Below, piece after piece: positions 59,197 through 64,000 of a stretch of DNA of 64,000 nucleotides (position 1 is the stretch's first letter; each line of letters begins with the position of its first letter). Both the position numbers and the translations under genes were made by a program. The stretch spans positions 2,432,001 through 2,496,000 of the forward strand of contig CM000153.2 in assembly GCA_000004695.1 (NCBI GenBank), written 5' to 3'. The notes beneath the pieces were generated by a model. It was not told where the DNA came from. It saw only the letters and a list, made by a program, of their open reading frames with translations, and did not search any database. This DNA is from Dictyostelium discoideum (taxonomy: Eukaryota).

Positions 59197-60640
59197 TTCC
59201 AATTTTATTTGTTTATATGTTCAATCAATAATAATAAAAAAAATAAAAAAATAAAAAAAAATAAAAAAAAATAAAAAAAAATAAAAAAAAATAAAAAAAA
59301 AAAAAGATTTCTCATTTTTTGACCATTTTCAAATGCCTGGCTGATGTCAAATTAAAGAAGTTAAACCAAAGCAATTTGTGGTAATTGATCGCAAAAACGA
59401 TAGACATGTCTATTGCAAAAATCATGATCCAAATCACCATAAAGTTGATCAAGATTCTTCTCTCTCTTAGCGTAGGTTAATCATGCTCTTGGTTGGGCTC
59501 TCACAGCTAATACACTGGAAAACATAATTTAAGAATATTCATCATTTTTTGAGAGATTTTGCTTAGGGTAATTAAAAAAAAGATATTATATTTTAATAAT
59601 ATTTATAACAATAATATCAGTAATTAATAAAATTTAAATAAAAAATAATTAAAAAATGATAAGATTTAAGAATTCTTATTAATAAATAATAATTTATTTC
59701 TCATTTAATAATAAAAAGTTAATATATTTATCATTTTATGAGATTTTATGCTAGGGTAATTTCTCACTTTTTATAACATAATATTATAATTTAATAATAT
59801 TTTAAAACAAAATAATACAAATTATTATAAAAATTAATACATTTATTAGGTTGTAGAAAATTTTACTATTGTAATATCTCATTTTTTAAAATATAATACT
59901 ATAATTTAAAAATATACAAACCAATTAATAAATAAAATATCAAATATTATTAATTTATTATTAAAATATGATAAAAAATAATCAAATTGTAATAAATGTT
60001 TAAAATAATAAAAAAAAAATCAATAAAATATAAGAATGTTAATTTAAATTAAACAATTTTTTTCTTATTTTATTATAAATATTATTAACAAAAAATGTTC
60101 CTAATTTTTTTTTTTTTTTTTTTCCAAAAAGTAATAAACATGTGTGACCACCAAGGATATTATGAATGCTCAAAGAAGTTTGATTTTAACAGGGGATTTA
60201 ACTGGAGACCTCGAAAATTTCCCAGTTATTAAAAAAGAATGTACTGAAGACTGCAAAAAAATGATGATTGAAATTGTTGAAAAAACATTAAGAGATTTTA
60301 CTACCATAGCCACAAATTACTTTAAAGATGCTAAAATTGGAATAAAAAGAAAGGATGAATGTGATGGTGTTAACTATTTCTTTATTGTTGTGGAGAGCTT
60401 GATGATGAAGAAGATCATGAATTTTTAGAAGACGTAGAAAAAGCGATGAATGTTAAAAGAATAAATGGAAAGGTAGTTCATTTAAATAACCAAGAGAATG
60501 ATAACAAATTAGAATCTTCAACCAATAAATAAATAAATTTATATCTCTTATATAAGAGATGTAGTTTATTTTTTTTCTTTAAATTTTTAATTTTTAATTT
60601 TTTTTTTTTTTCTTTTTATTTTTATTTTTTTTCTTTTTTA

Positions 60641-60790
60641 ATTTCTTGCACCTCTTTTACGTGCAAAGTTACCAGGTTTGGGTATATATCGTCGAGCTTC
60701 TTGTGCAGTTGCATAAGTTCTAATTGGCTCTTGTCTTTCTCTGTTTCTTTGCAATCGTCTTCTTTCACTTGTTTTAGTCAAATTTCTATT
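60641..60790 (-). CDS. Possible terminal exon of an unidentified basic protein (…TKTSERRRLQRNRERQEPIRTYATAQEARRYIPKPGNFARKRGARN*)
   Basis: A moderately GC-rich block in an AT-rich spacer. It is a clean minus-strand reading frame ending in TAA at 60641, preceded by an …aaaatag acceptor near 60790. No upstream exon or ATG was identified. Confidence 0.2.
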
Positions 60791-61101
60791 TTTATTTTAT
60801 TTTTAATTTTTTTATTTTTAATTTTTTTTTCTTTATTCCAATGCCACCCAAATTAAAAAAAAAAAAAAAATAAAAATTTAATAAAATAAAATTTTTAAAA
60901 AAAAAAAAAAAAGTTATAACTTTGATAACTTATTTTATTTTTATTATTATTATTATCATCTATTTATTGTTGTTTTTTTTTTTTTATTTTTTTTTTATTA
61001 TTATTATTATTATCATCTATTTATTGTTGTTTTTTTTTAATATTTTATTTTCTTTATTTTCCTTAATTTTGAGTTTAACCACCTGCGGGTAAGATTTAAA
61101 A

Positions 61102-61135
<34 letters not shown>

Positions 61136-61583
61136 CATTTTTTTTTTTTTTTTTTTTTTTTTATAAAATTTTTTTTTTTTATAAAATTTTTTAATATTAA
61201 AAAATAAAAACCAAACAGATTCGCATATACACCCAATCAATCAATAATATCTTTCACTTTTTTTTTTTTTTTTTTAATTATTATTATTATTATTATTATT
61301 TTTTTTTAATGGGGTTTGGTCTAAAAAAAAAAAAAAAATTTTGTTCCAATCTGTTAAAAAAAAAAAAAAAAAATAATACAAAGAAATTTTAAAAAAAAAG
61401 AAAAAAAAAAAATAAAAATAAAGAATAATATATTTATATATAAAAAAAACAAAATTTTCTATTACTACACATAATAATAATAATAATATAAATATAAATA
61501 TAAATATAAATATAAATATAAATATAAATATAAATATAAATATAAATATAAATATAAATATACATATACATATACTGTAATTT

Positions 61584-63453
61584 ATGAGTCGTAAAGAAAA
61601 TTTAAATAGAAGTAGTAGTAGTAATAGTATAGAATTTAATAGAGATAGAGATAGAGATAGTAGTAATATCAGTAATAGTAGTAATATAAATTGTAATAAT
61701 AGTAGTCAAACTCCACCTATTCCACAACATAATAGTTTAAGTGGTAGGTCAAAGCATTCGTCACCAATACATAGTTTAAAGAAAAAAGGTTCATTAGTTA
61801 GACAAGGTATTGAAGATTTATTTAGTTCACTTAGTGTGGATACACATTCAAGTAGTAATAGTAATAATAATAGTAGTAGTAATAATAATAATAATAATAA
61901 TAACCATAATATTAATAGTTCATCGGAATCATCAACTCCTACAACACCAAGATCATCTTTTACACCTCAAGTTACAATGAATAGTAATCAAAGTAGTGGT
62001 AATAATTCACCTCAGTTATCAAGTAGATCTAGTTCACAATCAACTTTAATACCCTCAAATGAACCAACTGTATGTAGTAAATTAATAACCCACCCCACTT
62101 TTATAATTCTCCATATATTTATTTCCTATTACCATATAATTAACTAACAAATAAAATTTATTATTGTTATTTTTATTATCACTAAAAGAAATCATTGGCA
62201 AAATTTTTTTTATTAGCACAACAAGTTGATTATGTTGGTGATTCAAGTTCAACTTTATTACCAGTTGAAAATTTAGGATTATTAAGTATACAATGGAAAA
62301 CATATTTCACAATTGGATTGAATTCAACTACTACTGGATATGACGTTTTAAAATATATATCAATTAAAACTAATAGAGATTTAAAATCATTAACATTGGC
62401 AGATTCAGATGGTAAAATCATTGATAATGATTATATATTAACTCAACAACGTTGTAAAAAATTTGTTGTAGTTGAAGATTTAAATATTGATGATTTAAAA
62501 ATGAAACAATTAAATCATTTACAACAACTACCACCACCATCACAACAACAATTACCACCACCACAATCACACCAACAACAATTATTGCAACAACAATTAC
62601 AACAAAGATTACAAAATCAAAATCAAAATCAAAATAATAATTCAAATTCAAATTCAAATTCAAGCTCAAGTTCATCATGTTCAACACCACAATCTATAGT
62701 ATCACAACAACAAAAATTACATCAAATGCTATTAAATCAACAACAAATTCAATCATCACAAAGTACGACACCAACTAATTCATCACAAAAATCATCACCA
62801 AATAAAGTGACTGATCATCAACATGTTGAGAATTGTAATTTTACATCACCATCACCATCATCACCCTCTTCACCATCATCACCATCGAGTGGTATGATTT
62901 TGGATGGATTCAATTTGGATGGAAATGGTGGTAGACCTACACCATTAATTATAACACCATCTTCTCCATCATCTATGAGAAAGAATCCACCTGCAATTCC
63001 ACCAAGATCACCTTCAAGTTTTAGTGGTGGTAGTCCTTTAAATAATATTTTATTAAATAATACTGAATTAATTTCAGAACCTGTAACAACAACAACAACA
63101 ACAACAACCACCACTTCATCCTCATCATCATTATCAGTAACAACAACAATTTCAAATCCAAATTATACACAAAATTTACCAACAACACCATTATCTAATA
63201 GTAGTAGTAATAATAACAATAATGGATCATTTATAACATTACAAGATACTACAAATAATAAATCAATTATAAATAATAATAGAGAATCACCACCAGAATC
63301 ACCAATGGGTAGTAGAAAATCATCAGGTAGTTCAAATACAACATCATCTACTACTAATACCACTACACCATCATCATCATCATTAACAACATCATCAGGT
63401 AAAGAAAGTAGAGATAGAGATAGTAAAGATAAAGAAAAAGATTTAATTGGTAG

Positions 63454-63511
<58 letters not shown>

Positions 63512-64000
63512 GTTGAAAAAGAAAAAGAGAATTATTGTAAATTTTTAGACGCTGTAAATAGTTTTAATATGGTTGGTAATAATGGTGTATTATTTAATGG
63601 TGAAGCCAATAGGAATATGAAGTTAACCAATGCACAAGAGGAGAAATGTAAGATTTTAGATAATTATTTCAATCATTATTATCAAGAGTTATTTAAATAT
63701 CTTCATCAAAGACATAGAAGAATTAAGACCATTGAGGATTTCACTGTTGAATCTAGAATGGATAGACAGGGTGCAGAACAATGGATGAAGAAACAATTTG
63801 AAAAGGAGACTAATTTCCTTAGGAATAAAAGAGCCGGTATGAAATTAAAAGAATTTAAAATACTAACTCAAATTGGTAAAGGCGGGTTTGGTCAAGTGTT
63901 TTTAGCACAGAAAAAAGATACCGGTGATATTGTAACATTAAAGAGATTAAAGAAACAGACAGTGGAATGGGCCAATCAAAGAAATCAAGTCTCTCAAGAA
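61584..64000 (+). CDS. NDR/LATS-family AGC serine/threonine kinase, 3'-partial (exon 1 61584..62076; exon 2 62217..beyond window end) with a long low-complexity N-terminal region
   Basis: The window ends inside the kinase domain just after the Gly loop and VAIK. The sequence is …KEFKILTQIGKGGFGQVFLAQKKDTGDIVTLKRLKK…. It is preceded by the NDR N-terminal regulatory region (…YFNHYYQELFKYLHQRHRRIKTIEDF…KETNFLRNKRAGMKLKEF). Intron 62077..62216 (GTAAAT…attag) is phase 1 and the only phase-compatible choice. Confidence 0.7.

Overview
The window is nuclear DNA from a very AT-rich, intron-poor eukaryote with the hallmarks of Dictyostelium discoideum. Genes are separated by poly(A)/poly(T)-rich spacers, introns are 50-375 bp and AT-rich, and coding microsatellites are everywhere ((CAA)n poly-Gln, (AAT)n poly-Asn, Thr/Pro repeats). 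It is not prokaryotic, so no operons or CRISPR are expected. The supplied ORF track appears to use a bacterial start-codon table, so several listed 'M' starts are really TTG/GTG inside exons. I rebuilt exon structures by hand; they are phase-consistent unless noted. I count about 27 protein-coding genes plus one tRNA: a 5'-truncated APH/ChoK-like kinase; two tandem histidine acid phosphatase paralogs; an OTU deubiquitinase with a 21-nt first exon and a poly-Q N-terminus; a PA14 / Cys-rich psi-family membrane protein; a Frizzled-CRD 7TM (Fsl-type) receptor; an MRH-domain mucin-like GPI protein; a small secreted protein; a prokaryote-type OLD-family ABC-ATPase + TOPRIM nuclease; bifunctional LKR/SDH (AASS); ESCRT-III Vps24/CHMP3; ORC6; a multi-TM protein; an alpha-1,3-fucosyltransferase (GT10); SARAF; TRAX; a selenocysteine tRNA (anticodon TCA) with an upstream DUSE-like motif; two paralogous unknown genes; an F-box/LRR protein; a low-complexity 3-exon gene; a small coiled-coil secreted protein; a ricin-B/B-lectin gene whose exon lengths do not sum to a multiple of 3; a copine; a PLAC8 protein; a sirtuin with an N-terminal ZnF-UBP finger; and the 5' part of an NDR/LATS kinase running off the window end. 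The most unusual item is the OLD-family nuclease, apparently intron-bearing and embedded among housekeeping eukaryotic genes. No transposon or rRNA was recognised.
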